From: the human T2T-CHM13v2.0 reference genome, Homo sapiens | Direction: 5' to 3' (one strand) | Length of the DNA stretch: 64,000 nt | Assembly (NCBI RefSeq): GCF_009914755.1 | Contig: NC_060932.1 | Shown here: piece by piece, positions 1 to 13,160 of the stretch | Position numbering within the stretch: the stretch's first letter is position 1 | How the letters are laid out: the number at the start of each line of letters is the position of its first letter | The notes under the pieces: model-generated | What the model was told of the DNA's origin: nothing | Databases searched by the model: none | What the model saw: only the letters and a program-made list of their open reading frames with translations | Program-made: the position numbers and the translations under genes

Positions 1-453
1 CCAGAGGGTGGACATGTAAAGAAACTTTGGGACTGTGCATTGGTCACCATCTTGGAGGGTGATGGCAGCTGCCCTGTAAATTATTGGGTAGGCATCTTGA
101 GAGGCAGGGAGATGCAGTGAGCTCCAAGCCCAGTCAAGGCATAGCAGAAGGAAGGACAATGGAACACAGGTGACCCAGGGTGACATTTGTCAATAGATAC
201 AGCATGGACACTGGCTAATCAGAAAGAACGCATGCCCCTGATGTGCCAGGGGTTACTCCTTTAATTTTAGAAGCTGAGAAAGAAGGTCCTAGGAGTTTGG
301 GGCCAGTGGGCTATACTGCCAAGAGTATGGGGACACAGGGCCAGGGCTTAAAGAGGTGCTATTTACTAAATCACTAAATAGGGAAAGATTTCGTTAGTAT
401 AATAACCACCATGGCCATAACTCATGTATATGGGTTGAACAGCAGCCCTGCTG

Positions 454-542
454 GTAGGTGGCCAACTGGTCTCGGGTGGTCTGGGCCTTTCCTGGTTTCG
501 TCACTTAAAGTCCCAGAACCTCTTTAGCCTGCCCTGGGTATC
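454..542. mobile_element. MER81-like hAT (Blackjack) MITE, degraded
   Basis: 'taggtggccaactggtctcgggtggtctgggcctttcctggtttcgtcacttaaagtccc' resembles the recalled MER81 terminus TAGGGTGACCAACTGTCCCGG...AAAGTCC. Confidence 0.5.
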
Positions 543-1039
543 ATTCTATCAGTTACGTTACCTGCCAGTCAAGTTACACAGTGCAGGCTAGAAGCTCTCA
601 AAGGGGAGCTGTCTATAGCAAGGGGGAGAAACTCGCCTCCCTTCCCCTTACAGAGTCAAGATTACCATGGGCTGTGGGGGAATTCACCCCACACTCCCCA
701 GTTAAAGCGCTTCTCCCTTTGCGAACTAAAGTCCAAGCAGTTCTCACCCATGGAAGTCCTTGGCAACCAAGCTCACCTCTCCACCTGTGCTCTCCACCGC
801 AAGCTCAGTTGCAGTTGCACCTCTGCAGGTTCTTTAAAGCCCCTCCCTGGGGCCTTGCTTGAGAAAACAGCCCCCCATCTGCTCCTACCCCTGCTCCTCT
901 TTGCAGATCTCCCTCCAGCTCTCTGGGCTGGAGGTAACCTCCACAGAGAAGGCTTCCCCAACCCTGCAGATTAAGGCTACCATCCTTCCTGCCCGTTTCC
1001 TGGGCACACTGTACCGCCCCATCCCACATATCGTTATGG

Positions 1040-1565
1040 CTCGTTTAACTACTTTCTCCCTCAGAACTGTAAGCTGCCTCAGGGCACAAGTTCAAGCGCC
1101 TGGCAAAGAGTGGTGTATTAGTCTGATCTCAGACGGCTTTCAAGAAATATCTGAGACTCGGCCATTTATAAAGAGGATGAATTGGCTCATGGTTCCACAG
1201 GCTGTTCAGGAAGCATAGCACTGGCATCTGCTCAGCTTCTGGGGAAGCCTCAGGAAACTTACAATCATGGCAGGAGATGAAGGGGGAATGGGCACATATT
1301 ACATGGCCAGCGTAGGAGCAAGAGAGGGACGGGGAGAGGTGCTACACGCTTTTCTACAGCCAGATCTCATGAGAACTCTATCACAAGAACAGCAGCAAAG
1401 GTATGGTGCCAAACCATTCACAAAGGATCCACCGCCACGATCTAATCACCTCCCATCAGGTCCCACCCTCAACACTGGCGATTACAATTCAACGTGAGAT
1501 TTGGATGGGGACACAGAGCCAAACTGTATCAAGTGGGCCTCCCATACATATTGAATGAACGAAGC
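1040..1565 (+). mobile_element. L2 3' end, split by the MSTA LTR
   Basis: 'gcgcctggcaaagagtgg|gcctcccatacatattgaatgaacgaa' rejoins across the LTR into the L2 3' terminal motif. Confidence 0.6.
1114..1531 (-). mobile_element. MSTA-type MaLR solo LTR
   Basis: TGTATTAGTC...CCAAACTGTATCA termini; MST body; perfect 5-bp TSD AGTGG at 1109-1113 and 1532-1536. Confidence 0.92.
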
Positions 1566-1807
1566 AACTAGATAGGAGTTAAAGAAAGTGGCATGGGCAA
1601 ACCAGAGCCCTTTTTGGTAAGTTAATTAAGTCATTGGTCCTATGCACCTATAAACAGGAAAAGCTCTGCCTTCAGCTCACCACTGTGAAGCCAGGCTGGG
1701 TTGGGAAAGAAGCAGAGAGCCAGGACTCAGTAATTACCGTGTGGCGGTCAACTGTTCATTAATCCGTTCAATTCATTCATTCATTCTATCAATGAATTAA
1801 TTAGTGG

Positions 1808-1833
1808 ACTTATTCCATTAACTTATTCCATTA
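1808..1833. repeat. 13-bp perfect tandem duplication ACTTATTCCATTA x2
   Basis: read directly. Confidence 0.9.
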
Positions 1834-1940
1834 ATTCATTCTTCTCCTTTAAGACCCATGTTGTGCCAGGCACTGCCTAGGCTCTGTGGGTACAATGTGA
1901 GTGAAACAGACAAGAGTCCTCCTTTCATGGGGTCTGGAAT

Positions 1941-2921
1941 TGTTAACAGTGGGGAATTCATATGGGTCCGCAGCAACGTGATTCTTGCTTCTCAAAGGAA
2001 AGAATTCATCTGAGGAAGGATCCTTCCTCAGGACAAGCAGGAAAGGAAACGAAGTAAAGTAAACTTGGAAGAGGGCCAAGCGGGCAACTTGAGAGATTCA
2101 AGTGCCCTGTTTGACCTTTGAGTTGGGGTTTTATGCATTGGCATGCTTCCAGGGCTTTGCATCTCTCCTCCCTTGATTTTTCCGTCGGGCAAGCTGACTG
2201 CATGAGCAGTGGCCTGCTAGCCTCTGGGAGGGGCTGCATGTGCAGTGTGTTTACTGAAATTGTGCACATGCTCACTTGAGGCATTTTCCCCTTACCAGTC
2301 GAGTGTTCCTAGAAGAAGGTCATATATACCAGTTGAACGCCACCAATTTGCCTCTTAGTGCACATGCTTGAGCCCACTCACCCAAGTCCTGAGTCCAACT
2401 CCTGAGGTCTTATTGGGAAGTTGCTGATCACCAGCTTCAGGGTTTGGAGGGTTTTCTTTGAGATGGGGTCTCACTCTGTCACCCCAGTTGGAGTGCAGTG
2501 CTGCGATCTCAGCTCACTGCAACCTCCACCTCCCAGGCTCAAGCAGCAAGCAGTCCTCCCACCTCAGCCTCCTGAGTAGCTGGGACCGCAGGTGAACGCC
2601 ACCATGCCTGGCTAAATTTTTTTTTTTCGTATTTTGGTAGAGATGGGATTTTGCCATTTTGCCCAGGCTGTTCTTGAACTTCTGAGCTCAAGCAATCCAC
2701 CGCCTCCCAAAATGCTGGAATTTATAGGTAGAAGCCACCGCACAGGGCTGGGTATTTTCTGTCTATTGAGAGACTGCCTTTCCCTGGCACTGGCTGTGAT
2801 CAATCATTATTTTAGAGAGACAGTTTAGCAACCATCTGACCATTACCTGATGCTCGCCTAACCTTCCTTGCAGAGACCCTTTCCTGCCCTGCTCATGTCT
2901 GCCTTGCTACCCACTCTAACT
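1941..2921 (-). mobile_element. ERV1 (MER4-group) solo LTR, MER50-like, carrying an Alu
   Basis: 'tgttaacagtggggaattcatatgggtccgcagcaac...cctgccctgctcatgtctgccttgctacccactctaac' matches the reverse complement of a recalled MER50-type LTR; subfamily uncertain. Confidence 0.75.
2452..2749 (-). mobile_element. AluJ
   Basis: dimeric Alu in antisense with J-type 'ggctcaagca..cctcccacctcagcc'. Confidence 0.9.
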
Positions 2922-3526
2922 GGATGACTGACGCTAAACAAGCACAAGATAATTTCATCTAAGGAGTGACACGAAGTGGAAAAAAAAAAAAACAAAACAA
3001 GGAGTAATGTTTTCTAGAATGTGTCTGCAGGAAGTGAAGTGAATGAATCTTTGGAGTGGGTGAGCAGGAAAGGTCTCTGCAAGTAGGCGACATTTGAGCT
3101 GAAACCTGAGTGATAAGAAGGAGCCAGGCTGGTGGACACCTGAGAGAAAAGTGATCTAGATGGAGGAAGCGGCTGGTGCAAAGGTCCTGAGGTCAGGACA
3201 CTGCTGTGTTTGAGGAGAAGAACGGCTGTGGGGCAAGTTCATTCGTAGGCAGAGGAAAGGGTCCTGTCACTGCGCTGTCTCCTCTATCTGCCTTTCTCTC
3301 TCTCTGATCATTGAAGACCCTGTCTCTCCTCCTCTCATGGAACTGCCCTTTTGGGATTTCTACAAACTCTGAAGTATAAAACCAAATTTTAAAACATACT
3401 GCAAATTATAATGCTTTTTAAAGTACCACCTATTTTACACGTCAAGCCAGTTTTGTGACTTCAAAATGAATAGGGCTTTTTTTTGAGAAGTCACGAGATG
3501 AGAAACTAAGGCTATCCATCTATGTT

Positions 3527-3740
3527 AGGGGCGGGGAATCTTTTTCTGTAAAGGGCCAGATAGTAAATATTTTCAGTTTTGCAGGTCGCAGGGTGTCTAC
3601 TGAAGCTACTCCACTCTGCCCCATGAAAGCAGCCAAAGGGAATGTAAATAAAACCCTGTGGCTGTGTGCCAATAAAAGTTTATTTACAGAACCAAGTAGG
3701 AAGTGAGATTTGCCCCCTAGGTTATAGTTTGCCAATCCCT
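3527..3740 (+). mobile_element. MER58A (hAT-Charlie)
   Basis: 'tttttctgtaaagggccagatagtaaatatttt...tagtttgccaatccct'. Confidence 0.85.
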
Positions 3741-5004
3741 AATCTACTTATCATAATGATAAATATCATTATCAAAAATACATTTCTTGTTCTTTTAGCA
3801 TTAGCTATGGGCCAAGCAAACAGGCCACTTTTGGGTGCTCCTGTCTCCTGGTACTGAGCAGACATGCTGTACCAGGTACAATGTGAGTAATGAGCAGAGG
3901 AGTACCTGAAATCTATAATACCTCACCTGGATATACTACCAGTGGTGCAATTCTATTTTTAAAAACTTGAGATTCCAATATTAAATTTTTTAACTTTATG
4001 GAATATTTTTCCTAAGGCCAAGCTTAAGCCAGTTGACTCTTCACAACTGACTGGTCTCGGTGGCTATTGGCAGCCTTCCATGATCACAGGGAGGAAGGTG
4101 AGGGCCTGAAAGACCCCGCTGGCAATCTCTGCTAGGTAGCATGTACAGGGAAGGCAGACTTCAAATGGAATTGTGCAAAATATTTCTACGCAAGCAGATA
4201 TAGAAACAGGCATGCAAGCTTTTCCTAAAAGTCTGTGAGGCCCTGCTTTGTGCCCTTCAGACTATCTAGTAAATCATGAAAGGTTCATGTGAAGCAGATA
4301 CACCAATAATTCAGCAGTAGGGTTTAGCTAATCTTCTTAGCAATCTTAGAGGGACTGGCTGGAAAATCCCCAGCTGCAAGTCCAGGGCACCACTCTGGAG
4401 GGTGTGAGCATGCTGGGCTCAGCGGGCTCCTGCATCCATCCACACCAGGACAGGTGTGCCTGCAAAGATGCACATCCAACCCCAGATCCTAAACCATGTT
4501 TACTACTGGTGAAAAATTAGCCAAGGATCTAATCAAAAGTTTTGATAACTTATAGCAGCACTCCTGAAGTTTGCATTTCTGAGCAAGGCTTCTAAATGTT
4601 AAAATTGCAGAGTCTATATTAAAATCAGTTTGCACACACGTATATAAGAATGTTTATGCTAAAACATTTTAAAGTAAATTATGCATTACATAACATATCT
4701 CTCTCCTCTTATAGTAAATTTTTGATGCTTTGGAGAGTTCATTCCTTTTTTTCCAGTTACTCATTCTGGATTTTTTTTAATGGAAAGTGAAAGAAAATAT
4801 ATGACTTTTTATTTTCAATTTTGAAATTGTGGCAATATACTATACACTAATTGTCACATTCAAAAGTTTAAAATAATCCTTAAATATTCTTAGGAGAATT
4901 ATACTATCAGGAAAGAATGCATATCTTTTCCAACTAATAGCTTCATCTCTAACTAATACCTTTGTAAAGAACGCTGGCCTGTAATTTATAGACATGACCC
5001 CTGA

Positions 5005-5437
<433 letters not shown>

Positions 5438-5569
5438 ACCTCACCATTCTACCACCAGAGTTGGCCAAGCTGTCAGGCCCCGCTTCTGACTGCCACTGAG
5501 GACTTTCTTCCCAAATGCAGCTCCCTGTTACTACACCTGAATAGCATCGTCCTTATAAGCAATGCCTCT

Positions 5570-5740
5570 GAAGCTTGACTGCTTGAGTTTGTAATCCTGA
5601 TGGGCTGGTTACCCTTACAAGCTTGGGTCCTGGGCATATTCTAAAACTTTGTATGTCTTGGTTTCCCCGTTTGTAAAACAAAACTTAAGAGTATCCACTC
5701 CATGGGCTTGTCCTGACGCTTACATGAATTAATACACAAT
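5570..5740 (+). mobile_element. MIR fragment
   Basis: 'tcttggtttccccgtttgtaaaa' core variant. Confidence 0.55.
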
Positions 5741-6734
5741 AACTGGATTTTTCTTTTGCAATATTCAAAGCTGTGCTCCTATTAGATTCAGTGGAATCTG
5801 GCTTCTTGCAAACCTGACCAATATTTTCATTTTCTCCTCCCTGCCTTTGCATTTTGACAGTGTTTGGGTCAGTTAGATTAGGCTGTTGTCTGCCTGCCAT
5901 CTGGATTTGGTGACCTGGCCTTTGGTTGTTACGCACTGCTCCCACTTGTGTCAGGGAGAAAGCAGAAGAGAAGTCTGGCCCGGGAATTTCTTGCTACAAA
6001 GGAAGTTCTGGGAATACTGAGGGTGAAGCCTGCACTCTCCTCATCTCCAGAGGGAGCAATGCCCCGGGCCCAATGCCCCCAGTGACCAGGCAAAGGCCCA
6101 ACGTACTCCTCCCTTGCCTAGCTAGCCAGCTACCCTGCAGCTTGCAGTTATCTGCATCAACCTCGACATCTCCCATAACTCTCGCCTTTTAAAGGTGCAC
6201 GTGGCACAGTTACAGCCTCCCTTGGATGCTACAGAGTTGCCCAGGCACACAGTCCACTTCCCCACTCCCCCTTCCTGCCAGAGATGAATTTGTCACAAGA
6301 GAGACCTTTATCAGTCCCATCATCCTGGATTCCTAGGGCAGCACGTGGAACATCCTCCGTGTTCAGGAACAATTTGTTAGAGGAGAAGATGAATAAATAA
6401 ACGTCTCCATTCTCTACTGTCAGCAGGTGGCCAGTAGACATTAACAGTAGCATTTTGGTGTGATCCCCTGTTTAAAGATGTGTGCGGACATCTCTTCAAG
6501 GGTCCCCATGACAACATTTCACACAAATTATTGGAGTTCAAATGACTAAAGATCCTTTCATTGAACTCCCTCAGTTTACAGATGGGGGACCTGAAGCCCA
6601 GAGAAACTAAACATATTCATCAAGCAGCCAGGATGACGAAGGCATGCAAATTCATGTCTTTTGAGCAACTTTAAAGAAGCTAGAAATATTCTGGTTTCTT
6701 TTCCTGGGGAAGATAGCATTCCGTGGGAATATGA

Positions 6735-6870
6735 GCACTGATTTTTTGAACATCTGAAGGGCTACTATATGAAGAAAAGCTCCTAAGAGATCAGAAGTAT
6801 CCAAAGATGAAACGGTTGCCCCTTGAGGCCATGAATGCTCTATTGCTGGAGGTGTCCAAGCACAAACAGA
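6735..6870 (+). mobile_element. L3/CR1 3' fragment
   Basis: 'tccaaagatgaaacggttgcccc...tgctggaggtgtccaagca' resembles the L3 3' end. Confidence 0.55.
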
Positions 6871-6909
6871 AATAGCTTAGAGAGAGGAGAAGCATCAAAG
6901 TCGGGGGCA

Positions 6910-7565
6910 GAAAAAATGTCTGAAATGATAAACACAGACAATAGCAAGTGTCAGAAGGATATGGAGCAAGGGGAACCCTCAGACACTGCATGTGGGAGAG
7001 GTAATGGTGCAACCACTTTGGAAAACTAGCAGTTTTTAATAAGGTTAAACTTACATCTTCCCTGTGTTCCAACAATTCCACTCCTAGGAATGGACTCAAC
7101 AGAAACACATATGTATTTTTCGCCAAACACATATATGAGAACTTCATAGCAGGTTACTCATAATAGCCCCAAGTGAGAAACTACCCAATCTACTGCTCAT
7201 TGACAGTAAAATGTATAAATAAATGTTAGTATATTCACACAATGGAATATTATACAGAAATCAGGAGACTTTTTCTGTAAAGGGCCAGATAGTATTTTCA
7301 GCTTTGCAGGCCATATGGCCTACATCTCAACCACTCAGTTCTGTCATTGTAGTGCAAAAGCAGCCATAGACATAGACATATACAGAAATAAATGGGCATG
7401 GCTGTGTTTCAAAAAAACCTTAATTTACAAAAGCAGATGGAATACACAGTGTGCTCAGTTTTTGAAAATTCATTAAGGTGCACAGCTATGGTATGTGTAC
7501 TTTCTGAATGTATATAAAAAGGTTTTCAATTTTTTAAAAAGGGTTTTCAATAACAAGTTTAAAAA
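6910..7565 (+). mobile_element. Old L1M 3' fragment containing a MER58A
   Basis: 'ggtgcaaccactttggaaaac', 'caattccactcctagg', 'acacaatggaatatta'. Confidence 0.8.
7262..7440 (+). mobile_element. MER58A
   Basis: 'actttttctgtaaagggccagatagta...gggcatggctgtgtttc'. Confidence 0.85.
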
Positions 7566-7699
7566 GAAATAGGGGCAGGGCAGTTATTGGCCTGTGTGTC
7601 TATGATTCAGCGGCTAGTCCCAGATAAAACAGTTAGATAATAGCAAAACTGGAACTGAAATTCAGGCCTCTGGCTCCCAGAAAGGAAAGGGAATTCATA

Positions 7700-7905
7700 C
7701 CTATGAGTGTTTCCAGTGTGCAATGCACTTGTCACAGTCATTCCTCATAATAACTCTCAGAGAAGGCATTATTATGCTTATTTTTGTAGATGAGAAAACA
7801 GGGGCCCAGAGTGGGTACAAACTTAGCCAGGATCATACATCTTATCTGGAGCAGCAATGCCACCTGAGCCCAGCTCTGTCTGATCCTGACCCCAGGCTCT
7901 TAGGT
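7700..7905 (-). mobile_element. MIR
   Basis: 'tttttgtagatgagaaaacaggggcccagag' core. Confidence 0.7.
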
Positions 7906-8483
7906 TTCCTCCACAGGCTTTAAATGCAAACATGGCATTTCCTACATGAGCATTGCATGTGTATAAAAATAAACTGTGAGCCCCACACTATGAAATATTA
8001 TCCGGTTATCACTGGCTTCTGCTGCTGACAGCCAGGGCTGCTAAATCTTATGAGGCTGTGCCCGCTGCTTCTGGGTAAGCCCTGACCATGGGCACAGCTG
8101 GGACATAGGCCCGCTCTGCAGGTTTTTTACTGTGGCTTTCCTCACTGAAGCAAGCATAGTGGGATGAGGGGAGAGGGAGAAGCAAGGGCAGACAAGATGC
8201 TGGATGATGCAGGTTCTGCAGCCAGGGGAGACCAGAAGGCAGGCAGACTGATGAGGAAGGGGCTTATCACAAGGGGCCAGTCCAAAAGGGAAACTAAGAC
8301 CATTCTCCTATCAGGAGCCACTTGCCCCTCCTGTCCGACTCTACTTCTGAGATTCTCTCCCTCACCCTCAACAACCCCTGCTCCCAGTACCAGCTGTAGA
8401 AAGAAAGAGAAAGGTACCTACTCATCCAACTCAGAAAATGGGGTAGGGTGAAGTTCTACTTTTGAATGTCTTGTGACAATTTC

Positions 8484-9226
8484 CATTAGTTCTCAATAGT
8501 TAAAAATTAGGAGCGTTTCAGAAAGGAATGCATATACCCAGTGAAAGATGCCAGTCTGAAAAGGCTACATACTTTACGTTTCCAGCAACATCACATTCCG
8601 GGTAAAGCACAACTATAGAGACAGTAAAAAGATCAGGGGCTGCCAGGGGCTGGTGTGAGGAGTGGAGAGGAATGGGCACACAGAGCACAGGCTTGTTAGG
8701 GCAGTGAGACTATTCCGTAGGATCCTATAATGGTGGGTACATGTCAGTATACCCCGTCACAATCTACAGGAGATTCCTCACAAAGAGTGAACCCAAATGT
8801 GAACTATGGGCTTTAGTCAGTAGTAATGTATCAATATTGGTTCATCAATTGTAACAAATGTGCCACACTAATATAAGGTGTTCATTAGAGGGGAAACTGA
8901 GGCCAAGAAGAGGGCATACATGGAAATTCTCTATACTTTACACTCAATTTTTCTGTAATCCTAAAACTGCTCCAAAAAATCATCTCCTAATGCTATAAAA
9001 ATTAGGTGAATTCAATGAAAAAATCTGGATTTCTGTCTTCATGCAAATATCTGGTCTGGGAACATAGGGCCAATATTCCTAGAGCTGCCAGAGTCCAGCA
9101 ACAACTGCTCCTGGGGAAGAAGCACAGCTTCTCAAGTCCCCAAGTCCTCCACGGCCAAAATGAGCCAATATCACGCTTTAGGTGACCATCCGGCTTTTGG
9201 GGTCATTGGAGTTTGAGACTCCCTGG
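8484..9226 (-). mobile_element. MER102-like hAT element, apparently split by L1MC
   Basis: 'aaaaatctggatttc...ggagtttgagactccctgg' resembles the MER102 reverse complement; TAAAAATTAGG on both sides of the L1. Confidence 0.55.
8530..8985 (+). mobile_element. L1MC-type 3' UTR fragment
   Basis: 'gtgaaagatgccagtctgaaaaggctacatac', 'atgtatcaatattggttcatcaattgtaacaaatgt', 'cctaaaactgctc'. Confidence 0.85.
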
Positions 9227-10001
9227 GGTAAAACGAGCAGTTTATGCAATGGTTTTCTGGGTTCCTGAGAAAGTTTCCTGCCCCTGGGGTGTTGAGGCCA
9301 GAGATGGAATGGGGATGAATGGGCGAGGCCCTGGGCCCCACTTATGATCCTTCTTCTTTATCTGCTGGACCTATTGTCCTTATCATATAAGATTCACCCC
9401 AACAAACTGGCCTGTGGGTAAAATACACATGCAACTTCTAATGCCTTCCTTTAACAGATAGGGAAACTGAGGCTGAGAAGGACGATGACTAGCTAAAGGT
9501 GGTTGCTTGCAGGTGGAGGCAGTGCTGTGTCTCTTGATTGTCCCTCTGAAGTTCCCTCTATGAGAAACCCAGTTTTCCATCTTTGTCTCGTCCTTGGTAG
9601 GTCACCGTGCCATCACCTGTCCTGACATGACTTGATGGCTTGAGGGATGTTTTGTGCATGGAACATTCCTTTCCCATCATCCAAGACTGCCCTGTTTACT
9701 GGACAAGCTTTGTCCTGCGGCCACCCCAGCTCCTCAAAGGCCCTCTCATTCAGGGTGAAGGCCAAAAGGTTTAATTCGAAGAAAATAAAAGCACAGAGGC
9801 CTAACAAACATGAGGTCTGTGGGATGCATTTTGAAAATGAGATCCCTGGATGAAACCCTTAAACTTTCCAAGAGCTCATCCTGGTTAGAGAGTGTGGTTA
9901 CCCTCCTGCTTCAGGACGCCGTTATTAAGGGGTTTTTGCCATGACGCTGCTGTTAGTGTTCTGCCTCATGCTTAGTCGGGGCACCGTCTGTCCTCTGCTG
10001 T

Positions 10002-10178
10002 GGGCTGCTTCTGCCACTTCAGGCTGCTCTCCCCCACTTCAGGGGACTCCCACCACCACTTCAGGATACTCTGGCAACTTTAGGCTGCTTTCACAACCTC
10101 AGGATACTCCTGCCACTTCTGCCACTTCCGGCGGCTCCTGTCGCTTCGGGCTGCTCCCTCCACTTCAGGCTGTTCCTA
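10002..10178. repeat. Degenerate ~19-20-bp minisatellite (consensus ~GGCTGCTCCTGCCACTTCA, ~9 units)
   Basis: recurring 'ccacttcagg' / 'ggctgctc' units read directly. Confidence 0.85.
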
Positions 10179-10289
10179 TACCCTTGTGACCAGTCTTTAT
10201 TTTTAGGAAAGATGCTTTCATGAATGTTGGGGCTCCCCAGAGTGTCTGCATCCTGCATGCATCATATAGGTCACATTCTTTCAGCTCAC

Positions 10290-10440
10290 ATATATCACAC
10301 AGTTGTGAGCATTTCACAAACATTTAAAAAGTAGTCATAGTGTGCCTGACACTGTGCACAGAGCAAGGCTTTGTTATCTTGGTGAAGCTGCATGAACAAA
10401 CCCTCGTGGCACAGTGTGGTGGGTGCAGTAAAAGAGGGGT
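10290..10440 (-). mobile_element. L2 3' fragment
   Basis: 'caaacattta...tgtgcctgacactgtgc...atgaacaaa'. Confidence 0.5.
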
Positions 10441-10995
10441 GGGCAGGATGCCAGGGGAGCACTGGAGAAGCAGCTAAACTACCACCCCCAGAATTAGGCT
10501 GGTGGCTCCTGTGAGTTGAGAGGAGAGCTGTCTTGCAGAGCATGCAGGAACTGGACCAGAGGGGCGGCATTCCTAACACCATGTGTTCCGGGAAAGGCAG
10601 GTGCTCGGGAGCAGGGAGTGCTGGCCCACAGCTACTGCTCCGACAGAGACTTTTCTAACTGAGAAAGAGCGAGCTGGTGCAGCTGCTCAGTCTGAGGGCA
10701 TTAGGAATAGTGGAAGGGCAGTGTAACCTAATCCTCTTATCAGATCTGCATAGCCCTGTCCTGCCTCCACACTTGCTGCTCCGTTCCTCTCAAGTCTGTC
10801 AACAGCTCAGTCTCCAGGGCCATGAACCACACCTGCCATTTGTTCTGTGCTCAGTGTGGGTGCAAGTGTCTGCTTGTCACCTGTTCCTACTCTATGATTT
10901 ATTAGGGTAGGCTGTCCAGTTTGTGTGCCTTCACAGGCCAATGTCACTGTGAGTTGGGCCTTAATAATTTTTGTGTCAATGTTGGAAAGATTTTA

Positions 10996-11150
10996 CAGGA
11001 GGGTTTTAAAAATCTGGGTCCATGGATTTGGGGGATATAAAAACACTCCAAAATTATATAGAAAATTTTGTTGATCTGGGCATTTTTCCTAGCAAGAGCT
11101 CCCAAGCTTTCCTCTAAGCCTGAAAGGGTTGTGTGACCCTTGACACTGGT
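10996..11150. mobile_element. Ancient hAT-Charlie MITE (MER103C-like)
   Basis: 'gggtccatgga...aaaattatatagaaaattttg...gcatttttcc...aagggttgtgtgaccc'. Confidence 0.45.
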
Positions 11151-12431
11151 GCCATGGCCAAATCCTCCCAAGAGTCACTGAAGTCTTTTCCCCAAAAGCT
11201 TACACATGGGAAGTAGCAGCATTGAGGCTAGCACTGGGATTGGAGGGCAGGCTATAGCTGATCCTATGTCCAATCAAATGAAGATTTCCTTTTACAAAAC
11301 ACTTTATTTACAAAAATTCAAAATGAAGGAAAAAAATGGCCATCTTTGACAGTACTTGACTATTTGGTATTTCCATTAAAACAGCAGTTCCAACTGGCTT
11401 TTTCTTAAGTAGGTGTGTGTGTTTTCAATTTTATTCCCTTTTTTGACTTCCCATTGGGACTCCTCTGATACCTGAATCTAGAAGTGAAATGCTGAGAAAC
11501 CAGTGCAACCTGAGTGAGTGGGATTGTGTTTCATTTTTTGTTTTTGTTATAAAATGAAATTAAATCACTCATGAGGCCTCTAATAGAGATTTAAATGCAT
11601 ATAAGCTTATACTTCACTATGACAGTATTATACCATTTCCACCCAAGCAAAGCTGACCCTATGAGCCCAGTAGGTTAAAATATATTTTTCACTAATGCTA
11701 GTGTTACGCAAAATAAAGCACAAGTTGGGATTTTTTAGAATTTAAAAAAAAGGTCTAACATTATTGAATATTACCTGTAAATCCATCATGGATATATACA
11801 CTTTAGAATCATTTCAAGTGGCAGGACATCAGCTCCAAAGAGTCAAGCAGGCAAGGTTAAGGCCCAGCCACCTGTCCTGGAGGGAAACTGGAGTCTCAGC
11901 AGCCCTAAAAGATGGCCGAGGAGTAGGGATCAAGGCTCAGTGGGTCCCAAATGTTAGAACTGAAGTCCATCAACAGCGAGATTCAGGGAGAGGGGAGCCA
12001 GCCATGGGCCCCAGTTACTAAAATGGAAGTACATATGTAGGGAATGAAGAAGGGATGGGATAGAGAATAAATAAAAACGACCACACCCCAGCAACCTACT
12101 GCAGGTGGCCTTGTTTATTCTTCCCTCTGCTGACTGGCCCTTTCTTCGTGAGTTATAAGTGACCCTCATGACGACCTTTCATGTGCAAAGTAGATATGTT
12201 CACATATCAGAGGTTTCGGGGATGCAACCAAACACATCAGGGTGTGACATGGTGGCCCTGCCTGCCATCTGACAGCTCCATTTCAACAAAGTTGTCATCT
12301 TTGTTATACAAACATTATGGAATGCAAAATTAAGTATTATTTGATAGTGATGGCTTCCACACAGCCGCACAGAGCAAGGTTTGCATAGACTGGGCTCCAG
12401 GTCCCCCAAAGCCTTTTAACATGTGCCATTC

Positions 12432-12732
12432 TCTCTCTCTCTCTCCCTCTCTCTCTACTGGGTCTTGCTCTTTCACACAGGTTGGAGTATGGAGTGCAGT
12501 GGTGCAATCACAACTCACTGCAGCCTCAACCTCTCAGGCTCAAGTGATCCTCCCACCGCAGCCTCCTGAGTAGTGGGGTGCGTACCACCACACCCAGCTA
12601 ATTTTTTTTATTTCTAGATACAAAGTCTCGCTATGTTTCCCAGGCTGGTCTCAAACTCCTGGGCTCAACCAATTCTCCCACGTCAGCCTCCCAAAGTGCT
12701 GGGATTACAGGCATGAGGCACCATGCCAGGCC
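12432..12732 (-). mobile_element. AluJ whose A-tail has become a (CT)n/(GA)n microsatellite
   Basis: J-type Alu; (CT)n at ~12431-12457; TSD-like tg(t/a)gccattc on both sides. Confidence 0.9.
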
Positions 12733-12845
12733 TGAGCCATTCTTCTCTTATTGGATTGTATATAGAGGTTCTGCGTAGGCTTTCATTTAAAGAAAAGGTT
12801 CTGCTGTTAGACCAACTTTTGTTTAAAATGTAAAAACATAGTTCT

Positions 12846-13160
<315 letters not shown>

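Larger units (their letters stand above)
1760..3230 (-). mobile_element. L2 fragment interrupted by an ERV1 LTR
   Basis: (attc)n start, 'tgtgccaggcactgcctaggctctg'; resumes near 2930 with 'gacatttgagctgaaacctgag...tgcaaaggtcctgagg'. Confidence 0.7.

Noticed and set aside
1-1000. Possible ancient ERVL/Gypsy internal remnant
   Set aside because: Only a vague resemblance; no motif or terminus I could anchor without a profile search.
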